DNA of 64,000 bases from an uncultured Collinsella sp. (GTDB lineage: Bacteria > Actinomycetota > Coriobacteriia > Coriobacteriales > Coriobacteriaceae). Within the stretch, counting starts at the first letter, position 1. Every line of letters starts with the position of its first letter. Positions 46,936 through 56,757 of the stretch are shown piece by piece. The notes below the pieces were generated by a model that did not search any database, was not told the DNA's origin, and was given only the letters and a program-made list of their open reading frames with translations. The stretch covers positions 537 through 64,536 of the forward strand of contig CALFDJ010000035.1 of assembly GCA_937950325.1 (NCBI GenBank), written 5' to 3'. A program made the translations under genes and the position numbers.

Positions 46936-48102
46936 TTGAGTGAGATTCAGAACTCGTCCATTTTCTCTCTTGACGATGTCAACGAGGAGGAGATGAACAA
47001 CCTCATCGACGGTACGATTACCGACTTTGATGAGGGCGATCTCGTTAACGGCACTGTCGTTAAGATCGAGCATGACGAGGTGCTCGTTGACATCGGATTC
47101 AAGTCCGAGGGCGTTATCCCGGTCCGCGAGCTGTCCATCCGCAAGGACGCTAACCCTGCAGACATCGTTGCACTCGGTGATCCCATCGAGGCCCTGGTTC
47201 TCCAGAAGGAGGACAAGGACGGTCGTCTGGTCCTGTCCAAGAAGCGTGCCGAGTACGAGCGTGCTTGGAACCGCATCGAGGAGAAGTTCAACTCTGGCGA
47301 GAACGTCGAGGGCGAGGTTATCGAGGTTGTCAAGGGCGGCCTGATCCTCGACATCGGCCTGCGTGGCTTCCTGCCCGCTTCCCTCGTCGACCTCCGTCGT
47401 GTCAAGGACCTCACCTCCTACATGGGCACCCGTATCGAGGCCCGCGTCATCGAGATGGACCGCAACCGCAACAACGTCGTCCTCTCCCGTCGCGTCGTGC
47501 TCGAGGAGTCCCGTAAGGCCGAGCGCTCCGAGATCCTGTCCAAGCTCAAGTCTGGCATGCGTCTCCAGGGCACCGTTTCCTCCATCGTCGACTTCGGCGC
47601 CTTCGTCGACCTCGGCGGTATCGACGGCCTCATCCACATCTCCGAGCTCTCCTGGAACCACGTCAACCATCCTTCCGAGGTTGTCAAGGTCGGCCAGGAG
47701 GTCGAGGTCGAGGTTCTCGACGTCGATCTCAACCGCGAGCGCATCTCCCTGGGTCTCAAGCAGACCACCGAGGATCCGTGGCGCGCACTGGTCAAGAAGT
47801 ACCCCGTCGGCGCTATCGTCGAGGGCACTGTGACCAAGCTTGTCCCGTTTGGCGCTTTCGTCGACCTGGGCGAGGGCATCGAGGGCCTGGTGCACATCTC
47901 CGAGATGGCCAACAAGCACGTCGATCAGCCTTCTCAGGTCACCCACGTGGGCGACAAGGTTCAGGTCAAGGTCATGGAGATCGACCTCGACCGTCGTCGT
48001 ATCTCCCTGTCCATGAAGTCTGCTGCTGAGACTCTGGGCGTCGAGATCGAGGTTACCCCGCTGCCTTCCGAGAAGAAGGACGAGGAGACCGACGCCGAGT
48101 AA
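46936..48102 (+). CDS. rpsA: 30S ribosomal protein S1 (four S1 domains)
   Basis: 388 aa, TTG start; four repeats of the S1 OB-fold pattern (G.V..I....V.VD+G.. EG++ ..E+S). Confidence 0.92.
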   Translation: MSEIQNSSIFSLDDVNEEEMNNLIDGTITDFDEGDLVNGTVVKIEHDEVLVDIGFKSEGVIPVRELSIRKDANPADIVALGDPIEALVLQKEDKDGRLVLSKKRAEYERAWNRIEEKFNSGENVEGEVIEVVKGGLILDIGLRGFLPASLVDLRRVKDLTSYMGTRIEARVIEMDRNRNNVVLSRRVVLEESRKAERSEILSKLKSGMRLQGTVSSIVDFGAFVDLGGIDGLIHISELSWNHVNHPSEVVKVGQEVEVEVLDVDLNRERISLGLKQTTEDPWRALVKKYPVGAIVEGTVTKLVPFGAFVDLGEGIEGLVHISEMANKHVDQPSQVTHVGDKVQVKVMEIDLDRRRISLSMKSAAETLGVEIEVTPLPSEKKDEETDAE

Positions 48103-48128
48103 ATCGGTTTGACGATCACTTGTTTTAA

Positions 48129-48160
48129 GGGATCCGTCCGCAATGGACGGGTCCCTTTTT
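48129..48160 (+). terminator. Intrinsic terminator after rpsA
   Basis: GGGATCCGTCC-GCAAT-GGACGGGTCCC, then TTTTT. Confidence 0.8.
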
Positions 48161-48444
48161 GCATTTGTTGCTGAGGTACGCGATGCTGCCCGTGCGCAAT
48201 GCTGCCCGGGCTGTTTACAGGCTATTGGGTTGTCGGTGCATGAAAAATGCCGACATCCCGCTTCGGGGAGGAGGCGGGAACGCACCGAGTAGACGGAGGG
48301 GTGCGGAGCGCGGTCGCGTCTCGACTGACGACGTTGCCCATCGACGACTCTATTGTACTGCATAGCGCGGTTCTTGGTTTATCGTGTCGAACGCTTGTGT
48401 TGTGCCATTGCCTGCGGCAACGGTGTGCTACACTCTTGCACTGC

Positions 48445-48803
48445 TGAGTGGGCCAGACGGTCGCGCGATGTGCTGCTTGCAGCACGCGTGAGGAAAGTCC
48501 GGGCTCCAGAGGGCGGGATGCCGGCTAACGGCCGGGCGGAGTGATCCGACGGAAAGCGCCGCAGAAAAGAAGACTCCCACCTGCGCCGCAAGGCGTAAAG
48601 GGAAAAGCTGAAACGGTGGTGTAAGAGACCACCAGCGTCGTGGCAACACGGCGGCTTGGCAAGCCCCATCCGGAGCAAGCGCGAATAGGAACGCTATGGG
48701 CCGGCCCGGTCCGCGTTCGGGTAGCGTGCGTGGAGCTGCATGGTAACGTGCAGACAAGATAAATGACCGTTCACGACAGAACCCGGCTTATAGGCCCACT
48801 TGG
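48445..48803 (+). ncRNA. rnpB: RNase P RNA, bacterial type A
   Basis: Universal GAGGAAAGUCCGGGCUCC (P4 5' strand), GGUGUAAGAGACCACC, and ACAGAACCCGGCUUA near the 3' end. P1 pairs AGUGGGCC (48447-54) with GGCCCACU (48793-800). Confidence 0.93.
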
Positions 48804-48884
48804 CATTTTTGTTACCCTAACAATCGATACGGTCTTTGCCGTATTATTGAGGCTGTTTGTTGCTTTGCTTGTGTTTGAGGGGCT

Positions 48885-49523
48885 TTGTTGGACAGCTATT
48901 TTACTCTGCAATCGAATATTGAGGCTTCGGGCGAGTTTGCGGACCGCAAGAGTCGGTTTATTGCCCAGCTGATCCATATTGAGTCCGAGGATGAGGCGAA
49001 TGCCTTTATTGAGATGGTTCGCAAGCGTCATTACGACGCTCGACACAATGTTCCCGCGTGGATTTTGGTCGATGGACGCGAGCGCCAGAGCGATGATGGC
49101 GAGCCGAGCCGCACGAGCGGTATGCCGACGCTTGAGGTGCTGCGCGGCGCGGGGCTCAAAAATGTTTGCTGCGTAGTGACGCGCTATTTTGGTGGCACGC
49201 TGTTGGGGCCTGGTGGCTTGGTGCGCGCCTATACCGCGGCAACGCAGGCGGCGGTGGCCTCGGCTCAGGAGTCCGGGCAGATCATCGAGATGACAAGTGT
49301 TGTGCCTGTTGACGTGCATGTGGCCTATCCGCAGTATGAGCAGGTGCTTCGTTTGGCGCAGGATTCGGGTGCCAAGGTTTCAGATACCGATTACGCGGAT
49401 ACCGTGACACTTCACTTGGTGTTTAAGGCAGGGGAGCAGGAGTCGTTTTGCGTTAAGATGCGCGAGCTTATGGCGGGGCGCGAGGAGATTGAGGTCGGCG
49501 CTCCCGAGTTTGCCGAGTTCTAA
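48885..49523 (+). CDS. yigZ: YigZ / IMPACT (UPF0029) family protein
   Basis: 212 aa; YDARHNVPAW, DDGEPSRTSG and VVTRYFGGTLLGPGGLVRAY motifs. Confidence 0.88.
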   Translation: MLDSYFTLQSNIEASGEFADRKSRFIAQLIHIESEDEANAFIEMVRKRHYDARHNVPAWILVDGRERQSDDGEPSRTSGMPTLEVLRGAGLKNVCCVVTRYFGGTLLGPGGLVRAYTAATQAAVASAQESGQIIEMTSVVPVDVHVAYPQYEQVLRLAQDSGAKVSDTDYADTVTLHLVFKAGEQESFCVKMRELMAGREEIEVGAPEFAEF

Positions 49524-49526
49524 CGG

Positions 49527-49578
49527 CGACGGCCGGCGTGCTTTTGGATGGATCCCAAGCGCGCCGGCCGTCGTTTTA
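49527..49578 (+). terminator. Hairpin terminator after yigZ
   Basis: 12-bp stem CGACGGCCGGCG / CGCCGGCCGTCG with a 23-nt loop, then TTTTAT. Confidence 0.6.
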
Positions 49579-49590
49579 TGCCACTGGTGT

Positions 49591-50037
49591 TTACTCGGCG
49601 AGCTGCTTTAGCACATCGCAGGCGATCTCGACGGCATCGTCGATGCAACCGGGGCAGCTGCGGAGCGGACCCTTATCCGATCCGATGCCCTTGAGCGTGC
49701 CGCAGACGGTCGTCGTGTTCTTCTCGCCAAAACGCTTGGCGATTTCGCGCGACAGCTTGTAGGTCTGGCCCTTGGTCTTGGGGTTTTCCATGCCGTCGCT
49801 CATTACAAAGCCCATGATGGCCACGGCGCCCGAGATGGCGCCGCAGGTTTCGGTCATACCGCCCATGCCGGCGCCAAAGCCCTCGGTGAGGGTAAAGGCG
49901 ACCTGGGGGTCGAGCCCGACGGCGGGCGCGAGCGTGCAGGCGACGGCCTGGGCGCAGTTAAAGCCACGGGCGTGGTATTCGGCAGCCTGAGCCTGACAGG
50001 CGGTGATGCCGAGCTGGGCCGTATCGATTTGCTTCAT
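49591..50037 (-). CDS. C_GCAxxG_C_C family (putative redox-active) protein
   Basis: 148 aa from MKQIDTA, with an AAGGAGA SD; FNCAQAV, CGAISGA, VCGTLKG and CPGCIDD cysteine pattern of the family. Confidence 0.8.
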   Translation of the reverse strand: MKQIDTAQLGITACQAQAAEYHARGFNCAQAVACTLAPAVGLDPQVAFTLTEGFGAGMGGMTETCGAISGAVAIMGFVMSDGMENPKTKGQTYKLSREIAKRFGEKNTTTVCGTLKGIGSDKGPLRSCPGCIDDAVEIACDVLKQLAE

Positions 50038-50267
50038 CGTTGTCTCCTTGGTCACGGTGTACCCGCTTATGGTACCCGTGACGGGGCATGTAATCATCGA
50101 GAGCTTCATGGATGCCTCATTTTTATCTATCGAGCAAATGTCCAAGGCTTGAGATAAATGCCCCGGACCAATTTGTCCCATAACCTACCTTGGGGATGGG
50201 TTGAGAGGGGTGCGGGGTAGCGGTATCGTGAACCGAATAAAACGTAACCCAGGCAAGGGAGCAAGAT

Positions 50268-51551
50268 ATGAGCGAGCAGACCATCGGTACCACATGTGTT
50301 CAGGGCGGCTATCACCCGGGAGATGCGGAGCCGCGCCAGGTGCCCATCTACCAGTCCACCACGTGGAAGTACGACACGTCGGAGCACATGGGCAAGCTGT
50401 TTGACCTAGAGGAGTCGGGCTATTTCTACAGCCGTCTGCAGAACCCTACGTGCGATTTGGTTGCCGCCAAGATCTGCGAGATGGAGGGCGGCACCGCTGC
50501 GATGCTCACGAGCTCGGGCATGGCGGCGAATTTCCTTGCGATCTTTAACGTGGCCGGTGCCGGCGATCACGTGGTCGCGAGCTCTGCCATCTACGGCGGT
50601 ACCTACAACCTGCTCGCCCATACTATGGAGCGCATGGGTCTGACCTGCGTGTTTGTTGCCCCCGACTGCACCGACGAGGAGCTCGAGGCAGCTTTTGAGC
50701 CCAATACTAAGCTCGTCTTTGGCGAGACGATCGCCAACCCCGCCCTTGCCGTGCTCGATATTGAGCGCTTTGCCAAGGCCGCGCACGACCACGGCGTACC
50801 GCTGATGGTCGACAACACCTTCCCGACACCCGTGATGTGCCGTCCCTTTGAGTGGGGCGCCGACATCGTTACGCACTCCACCACCAAGTACATGGATGGA
50901 CATGCTGCCTACCTGGGCGGCGTGATCGTCGACCACGGCCAGTTTGACTGGATGGCCCATGCGGACAAGTTCCCGGGTCTCACCACGCCCGACGAGAGCT
51001 ACCACGGCGTGACCTATGCCGAGAAGTTCGGTCGCGAGGGTGCCTTTATTACCAAGGCCACTGCGCAGCTTATGCGCGACCTCGGCCCCATGCAGAACCC
51101 GCAGGCGGCATTCTTCCTGAACAGCTCGCTCGAGAGCCTGCACGTGCGCATGCCGCGCCATTGCGAGAACGGCCTGGCGGTCGCCAAGTTCCTGCAGAGC
51201 CACCCCAAGGTGCGCTTTGTGAGCTATCCGGGTTTGGAGGGCGACAAGTACTACGACATCGCTCAGAAGTACATGCCCAACGGTACTTGCGGCGTCGTGA
51301 GCTTTGGCTTTAACGGTGGTCGCGCGGCGGCCGAGACCTTTATGAAGAGCCTCAAGCTCGCCCAGATCGCCACGCACGTGGCCGATGCGCGCACCTGCTG
51401 CTTGCATCCCGCTAATGCCACGCATCGCCAGATGAACGATGAGGAGCTCATCGCCTGTGGCATTTCTGCCGACATGGTGCGCCTGTCGTGCGGCCTCGAG
51501 GACACGGCCGACCTGATTGCCGACCTTGAGCAGGCACTCGAGCAGTGCTAG
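50268..51551 (+). CDS. metY: O-acetylhomoserine aminocarboxypropyltransferase / sulfhydrylase (Cys/Met PLP family)
   Basis: 427 aa; PLP-lysine block HSTTKYMDGH; N-terminal PIYQSTTWKY. Confidence 0.9.
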   Translation: MSEQTIGTTCVQGGYHPGDAEPRQVPIYQSTTWKYDTSEHMGKLFDLEESGYFYSRLQNPTCDLVAAKICEMEGGTAAMLTSSGMAANFLAIFNVAGAGDHVVASSAIYGGTYNLLAHTMERMGLTCVFVAPDCTDEELEAAFEPNTKLVFGETIANPALAVLDIERFAKAAHDHGVPLMVDNTFPTPVMCRPFEWGADIVTHSTTKYMDGHAAYLGGVIVDHGQFDWMAHADKFPGLTTPDESYHGVTYAEKFGREGAFITKATAQLMRDLGPMQNPQAAFFLNSSLESLHVRMPRHCENGLAVAKFLQSHPKVRFVSYPGLEGDKYYDIAQKYMPNGTCGVVSFGFNGGRAAAETFMKSLKLAQIATHVADARTCCLHPANATHRQMNDEELIACGISADMVRLSCGLEDTADLIADLEQALEQC

Positions 51552-51691
51552 GCTAGCTTCCTACAAGGTGCCGATGCTGGCAGAAAGCTTCAGCGACCTT
51601 TAGTTCCGATTCCGTAGGCGGGACCCCAATCGCGGCTGTTTGCAGGCGATTGGGGCCCCGTTTTTGCGTTGCGCCACTCGAAAGGATGGAT

Positions 51692-52996
51692 ATGGAGAAA
51701 ACCGCAGAGCAGCTGCGCCGCGAGCACATTGCCCTTGAGGGCGACACCCATGGCAAGAATAAATGGGCGATTCTGTTTACCGTGCTCATCATGACGTTTA
51801 TGGCGTGTCTGGATTCGACCGTCGTGACCGTGGCGCTGCCCGTGATGCAAAAGGAGCTGGGCGTGGGCCTCGACCGCATCCAGCTGGTGAGCTCGGTGTA
51901 TCTGCTTGCGACGTGCGTGGCTATGTTGCCGTTTGGCCGCCTGGGCGACGTGCGCGGCAAGGTGGGCGTGTTCCAGCTGGGTGTTATCGTCTTTACGGTC
52001 GGTTCGCTGCTTTGTGGCCTTTCGGGTTCGCTCGAGGTTCTTATCCTGGCACGCATCGTTCAGGGTATTGGTTGCGCGGCGGCCATGGCTAACAACATGG
52101 GCATCATCACCGAGTCGTTTCCGGCGCGCGAGCGCGGTCGTGCCATGGGTATTCTCGCGACCTTCGTGGCCCTCGGCATGATGTGTGGCCCCGTGCTCGG
52201 CGGCATGCTGGTGGCACGCTTTCCCTGGGAGAGCATCTTCCTCATCAACCTGCCCATTGGCGTCATCTCGTTTATCGTGGGGCTCTACACGCTGCCGCAT
52301 GTTAAGCCGGAGGCCGGCGAGCGCCCCATGTCGCTGGCGGAGGCCGCGCGTCGCTGCTTTGCAAATTCGGCCTTTACCATCAACCTTGCCTGCATGCTCA
52401 TCGTGTTTGTTGGCATCGGTGCGTCCGAGTTTATCTTGCCGTTCTATTTTCAGGACGCGCATGGGTTTGGGTCTGACGTTTCGGGCCTGCTGTTTTTGGC
52501 GCTGCCAATGGTGAATGCTTTTATCGGCCCGCTTTCGGGTACGGTTTCGGACCGTGCTGGCTGCGAAGGTCCTACGGCGGTTGGCCTGGGCGTGTACGTG
52601 TGCGGTCTCTTTGCGGTAAGCACGCTCGACGAGCACTCTTCTATCCCTGTGATCGTGTGCTGCGTCGCATTTATGTCGTGTGGCACGTCGATTTTCCAGA
52701 GCCCCAACAACTCGCTGTATATGGGTTCGGCCCCGCGCGAGGCGCTCGGTTTTGCGGGCAGCTTGGGCAGCTTGGCGCGCTATGCGGGTATGGCAGTGGG
52801 CATTACGGCGGCGTCGAATATCCTGTATGGGCAGATGAGCGTGGCGATGGGCGAGGCCGTGACCAGTTTTGTTGCAGGCCGTCCGGATGTGTTCCTGTTT
52901 GGCTTTCGCTCGGTGTTCTACGTGCTCATGGCTGTGGCCGCTGTGGGCTTTGCGCTCGCCATGGTGCGTTTGGTGAGGATGCGCGCCCGCCATTAG
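51692..52996 (+). CDS. MFS transporter (DHA2/EmrB-like)
   Basis: Polytopic (about 14 TM); MFS motif A-like GRLGDVRGK. The start is uncertain (51686 or 51692). Confidence 0.8.
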   Translation: MEKTAEQLRREHIALEGDTHGKNKWAILFTVLIMTFMACLDSTVVTVALPVMQKELGVGLDRIQLVSSVYLLATCVAMLPFGRLGDVRGKVGVFQLGVIVFTVGSLLCGLSGSLEVLILARIVQGIGCAAAMANNMGIITESFPARERGRAMGILATFVALGMMCGPVLGGMLVARFPWESIFLINLPIGVISFIVGLYTLPHVKPEAGERPMSLAEAARRCFANSAFTINLACMLIVFVGIGASEFILPFYFQDAHGFGSDVSGLLFLALPMVNAFIGPLSGTVSDRAGCEGPTAVGLGVYVCGLFAVSTLDEHSSIPVIVCCVAFMSCGTSIFQSPNNSLYMGSAPREALGFAGSLGSLARYAGMAVGITAASNILYGQMSVAMGEAVTSFVAGRPDVFLFGFRSVFYVLMAVAAVGFALAMVRLVRMRARH

Positions 52997-53155
52997 CTTG
53001 TGGTGGCAGGCTTGCCACGAATCGGGCTTATCTACTGGTCTTGCAGCTTTATGGTGCGATGTGGCTTGTGGGGCGGGCGGGGATCGGTCCGTGGTAGACT
53101 ATCGAACAACGTTTATTAATCGCGCGGTATCGTTGCCGCGAGAAGGGGTTGCGCC

Positions 53156-53734
53156 ATGCAGGAGCTTGAGGATCGTATTCGCCATGACGGCATCGTAAAG
53201 GCCGGTAACGTCCTTAAGGTTGATGCCTTCCTCAACCACCAGTGCGACGTTGAGCTGTTCGACCACATGGGTGCCGAGTGGGCCCGTCTGTTCGAGGGTG
53301 TCGAGATCAACAAGATCCTGACGATCGAGGCTTCGGGCATTGGTATGGCCTGCATTGCAGCTCAGCATTTTGGCGGCGTGCCGGTGGTCTTTGCCAAGAA
53401 GGCCCAGTCCATCAACCTTGACGGCGAGCAGTATGCCACGACCATCTATTCCTTTACCAAGCAGAAGGAGTACCCGGTTATCGTGGGTAAGCGTTTCCTG
53501 TCCGAGGGCGATAAGGTCCTGATTATCGACGACTTCCTGGCCAACGGTTGCGCGCTTGAGGGCCTTATTAAGATCTGCGAGGCTGCGGGCGCCGAGGTTG
53601 CCGGCATTGGCATCGCCGTTGAGAAGGGCTTCCAGGGCGGTGGCGATAAGCTCCGTGAGCGCGGCTTTCGCGTTGAGAGCCTGGCCCGTATTGCCGAAAT
53701 GGACTGCGAGAACGGCGAGATCACGTTCGCCTAG
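53156..53734 (+). CDS. xpt: Xanthine phosphoribosyltransferase
   Basis: 192 aa; N-terminal [10 protein letters not shown] and PRPP motif [11 protein letters not shown]. Confidence 0.92.
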   Translation: MQELEDRIRHDGIVKAGNVLKVDAFLNHQCDVELFDHMGAEWARLFEGVEINKILTIEASGIGMACIAAQHFGGVPVVFAKKAQSINLDGEQYATTIYSFTKQKEYPVIVGKRFLSEGDKVLIIDDFLANGCALEGLIKICEAAGAEVAGIGIAVEKGFQGGGDKLRERGFRVESLARIAEMDCENGEITFA

Positions 53735-53763
53735 GCGCGCAGCACAAGCGATTGGTATGCGAT

Positions 53764-53797
53764 GTGACAAAGGGACTGTCCCTTTGTCACATTTTTT
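53764..53797 (+). terminator. Intrinsic terminator after xpt
   Basis: Perfect 12-bp stem GTGACAAAGGGA / TCCCTTTGTCAC with a 3-nt loop, then ATTTTTT. Confidence 0.85.
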
Positions 53798-53817
53798 GTA
53801 TGAGGGGAGGTGCTGAT

Positions 53818-54198
53818 ATGGATGAGAACAGGATAGAATGGCGCGAGTATGCGCGCTATGCCGAGATGTCGGTCGAGGAGCTGGCACGCGATTGCGAGGT
53901 GCAGGTGTTTCGCGCGACGGGTCCGGGCGGACAGGGCGTGAATACGACGGATTCAGCGGTGCGCATGAAGCATGGGCCCACGGGGATTGTCGTGACGGCG
54001 CGCGAGAGCCGTAGTCAGTTTCAGAATCGCAGCTGCTGTCTGCGCAAGCTGAGGGCAGAGCTTGAGCGTCGTGGCCGTCCGCCGCGACGTCGCGTCAAGA
54101 CCAAGGTGCCTCAGCGATCGCGCCAGCGCAGGCTCAACGACAAGCACTTCAACGCGATTAAAAAGGCCAACCGTCGCAAGCCAGGCGGGGAGGAATGA
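53818..54198 (+). CDS. arfB: ArfB-type peptidyl-tRNA hydrolase (GGQ-domain ribosome rescue factor)
   Basis: 126 aa from ATG 53818, with a GAGGGGAGG SD; [17 protein letters not shown] motif and a basic C-terminal tail. Confidence 0.8.
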   Translation: MDENRIEWREYARYAEMSVEELARDCEVQVFRATGPGGQGVNTTDSAVRMKHGPTGIVVTARESRSQFQNRSCCLRKLRAELERRGRPPRRRVKTKVPQRSRQRRLNDKHFNAIKKANRRKPGGEE

Positions 54199-54208
54199 TC
54201 TTCTCAAT

Positions 54209-54277
54209 AAGTTGCGGTGAAATAGGGACTGTTTTACGGCTTTAGCTGCATAAACAGTCCCTATTTCACCGCAACTT
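54209..54277. repeat. AGTTGCGGTGAAATA hairpin repeat, copy C (perfect)
   Basis: 26-bp perfect arms AAGTTGCGGTGAAATAGGGACTGTTT / AAACAGTCCCTATTTCACCGCAACTT with a 17-nt loop; fills the gap between convergent arfB and the lipid kinase gene. Confidence 0.9.
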
Positions 54278-54285
54278 AGGGATGG

Positions 54286-55248
54286 CTAGTGGGTGGGGCG
54301 CCAGACGTGGAGGGCTCCGCCGAGGACGTCGACCTCGATGCGCGAGGCGACGATGGGCTCGCCGTCGGCCTGGATGGGGTAGTCGGGCTCCTCGAACGTG
54401 AGCTCGGCATGACGGCAACGACGCATTCGAACCGGCGGCAGCTTGGTATGATGGCCGTCCTTGGCCGAAAGAAACATAGGCAGGGCGACCGCACGGGGGA
54501 CGGGGCCGCAGGCGTAGCAGACGTCGAGCATGCCGTCGCAGGGGTCGGCTTCGGGGCAGATGCGATAGCCCGAGCCGTACGTGGGCCCCAGCTGGATGGC
54601 CATGATAATCGCCCGCTCGCGCTCGGCAGGCGCGCCATCTAAGCTCACCGTCATGGGATAGTTGCGGTAGCGCAGGCCAAACTGCTCAAGTCCCGATAGG
54701 GTGTAGAGCGGAGCGCCGGCGAGCCCCGTCTTTTTTCGCAGCTCGGTGGTGCCCAGGCCGATGGCGGCATCGATGCCGACCGAAAGCGTCTGGTCGTAGT
54801 ACTCGACGGTCGCCTCGCCTCTGCCGCTTGCGGGGTTCCATGAGCGAATGCGTCCGATATCCTGACGCTGCAGCTCGCAGGTGAGCAGCGCGCCAAAATC
54901 TTTGCCGGAGAAATCGTCGATACCGAGCGTTTGGGCAAAATCGTTGCCGGAGCCTACGGGTAGGACGGCAAGGGCGGGACGGACCGCCTCATCCTGCGTC
55001 ATAAGCCCGTTGACGACCTCGTGGATCACGCCGTCGCCGCCGAGTGCGATAACCGTGCGGTAGCCCTGGGCCCGTGCGGCAAGTTCCTTGGCATGTCCCA
55101 TGCGCTCGGTCAGCACCAGGTCAAACTGGGATGCGCGCGCGGTCATGTCCAAAAAGCGCTGCAGGCGCTCGGCAACTTCGCGCGCCGCACCCGATTGGGC
55201 GGCTGGGTTGGCGATGATGAGCGTGCGACCAAAATCAGTTGCGTGCAT
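54286..55248 (-). CDS. Diacylglycerol/lipid kinase family protein (YegS/DagK type)
   Basis: 320 aa from MHATDFGRTLIIANP; GGDGVIHEVVNG and LPVGSGNDFA motifs. Confidence 0.85.
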   Translation of the reverse strand: MHATDFGRTLIIANPAAQSGAAREVAERLQRFLDMTARASQFDLVLTERMGHAKELAARAQGYRTVIALGGDGVIHEVVNGLMTQDEAVRPALAVLPVGSGNDFAQTLGIDDFSGKDFGALLTCELQRQDIGRIRSWNPASGRGEATVEYYDQTLSVGIDAAIGLGTTELRKKTGLAGAPLYTLSGLEQFGLRYRNYPMTVSLDGAPAERERAIIMAIQLGPTYGSGYRICPEADPCDGMLDVCYACGPVPRAVALPMFLSAKDGHHTKLPPVRMRRCRHAELTFEEPDYPIQADGEPIVASRIEVDVLGGALHVWRPTH

Positions 55249-55335
55249 GGGGCGACTCCCGGCGTGTGACGTAACGGTGCGGTCGCGCTCAGGTCGAATT
55301 GCCCCCGATTGTGGCTGCACGGCAAATACTAACGT

Positions 55336-56757
55336 CTACTCTATCAGGTCGTTGTGGCGCTCGATAGCCTCCGCTACCGTACCGCCCTCATCCACAATAA
55401 GCGAACGGCGCTTGGGTGAGATGATGCGCTGGGCGGGGTACACGCCGCGGTGTCCGCCGGTTAGGTAACTGATAAAGGCCACGATGACAAAGAACCCGGC
55501 GGCCGTGCCGTGGAACAGGTCGATGGCCATCATGCAGGTGGTGATGGGCACGTTGAGGCCGGCGCAGAACACGCCGAGCATGCCCAGCGCCGCCAGAAAG
55601 CTGGGGTCGATTCCGACGAGGCAACCAATCCAACCGCCGAGCGCCGCACCGATGCCAAACAGGGGTGTGACCTCGCCTCCTTGGAAGCCGGCGCCCAGGG
55701 TGAGCGCCGTCACCACGAGCTTGATGACTGCGTCGGCAAGGGTCGTGTTACCGGCGAACCCGGCGCCCGAGAGCCAGGTGGCAAGGCCGGCATACTTCCA
55801 GGCGTCGAGCATCGCGTAGGCCGCGAGCACCACGAGCGCGCCCACGAGTGCGCGAGCAATGTAGTTGGTGATAAAGCGACCGTACAGGCTCTTGACGGTT
55901 CGAACCGACCAGGCAAAGAGGCGTGCCGTCAGACCGAAGATGATGGCGCTGATAACAACGATGACGACCGTTGTGGGCGTCATAGCGGGAACGCTGGCGA
56001 TGTCATTCGCTTCGTACTCGGTACCCAGGGCAAGTGATGTAAAGTAGCCGGTAAACGAGGCGACCAGGCAGTAGATGCCCGCGGTGTAGTCGATCTTGCC
56101 GATAAAGCACATCTCCATGCCAAAGAAAGCTCCGGCAAGGGGCGAACCGAATACGGCGCCAAAGGCCGACGAGATGCCGGCGAGCATGAGGTCGTGGTGG
56201 TCATGCTTTTTGAGGTGGGCGAGGCTCGAGATGTTGCTGGCGATGGTGCCACCAATCTGCACCGCGCCGCCCTCGCGGCCGGCCGATCCGCCCGTTAGGT
56301 GCGTGAGCGTGGAGCAGACAAAAGTGAGGACGGCCATGCGCATATGGATGAGGCGTGTGCCCAGGGCGGAATCGATGACCAGGTTGTTGCCGCGTTTGGC
56401 GGCAAGACCGTGGTTTTTGTACACCCATGCGGTGGCAACGCCCACAACGGGGAGCATGGCGTAGATCCACGCGTGGTGCTCGCGATAATCGGTCGCGATA
56501 TTCAGCGAGGCCAAAAACGCCCAAGCGGCAACGCCCATGGCGAGAGAGACGATGACGACGAGTACGAGCAACTTGGCGCTCGCGAGTAGGTTGCGGACGT
56601 TGCGGCGCGTGTCGGCAGCCAAGAGATGTTCGGAGCGGGTGAGCTGTTGCCTGCCTGCCATGATGACGTCGTTCAGGGAGAAAAAGCCGCCGTCGTCGAG
56701 CGACTGGGAATGATCCTGCGCTTCGTTTGCGCTTTCGGGTTTGTCGTTATGAGCCAT
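55336..56757 (-). CDS. CLC-family anion/proton antiporter, CLC-F (fluoride) subtype by motif
   Basis: Polytopic. The selectivity-region motifs read GNNLV, GREGGAVQ and GGEVTP rather than the GSGIP, GKEGP and GxFxP of chloride CLCs. Confidence 0.65.
   Translation of the reverse strand: MAHNDKPESANEAQDHSQSLDDGGFFSLNDVIMAGRQQLTRSEHLLAADTRRNVRNLLASAKLLVLVVIVSLAMGVAAWAFLASLNIATDYREHHAWIYAMLPVVGVATAWVYKNHGLAAKRGNNLVIDSALGTRLIHMRMAVLTFVCSTLTHLTGGSAGREGGAVQIGGTIASNISSLAHLKKHDHHDLMLAGISSAFGAVFGSPLAGAFFGMEMCFIGKIDYTAGIYCLVASFTGYFTSLALGTEYEANDIASVPAMTPTTVVIVVISAIIFGLTARLFAWSVRTVKSLYGRFITNYIARALVGALVVLAAYAMLDAWKYAGLATWLSGAGFAGNTTLADAVIKLVVTALTLGAGFQGGEVTPLFGIGAALGGWIGCLVGIDPSFLAALGMLGVFCAGLNVPITTCMMAIDLFHGTAAGFFVIVAFISYLTGGHRGVYPAQRIISPKRRSLIVDEGGTVAEAIERHNDLIE

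Noticed and set aside
48379-48757. Minus-strand ORFs 48379..48678 and 48428..48757, and plus-strand small ORFs at 48159..48544.
   Set aside because: They overlap the RNase P RNA gene or its upstream spacer, and nothing about them looks coding.
50038-50267. SAM riboswitch (S-box, SAM-IV or SAM-II) upstream of metY.
   Set aside because: I found no GGCAACC, AGAGGNGG...UGGCCC core or other SAM-family signatures by eye. An unrecognised leader structure remains possible.
53040-53155. Purine riboswitch upstream of xpt.
   Set aside because: UAAUCGCGCGGUAU loosely resembles the start of the P2 region. However, the leader is too short, and it lacks the CCGUAAA/ACUA junction and the second hairpin.
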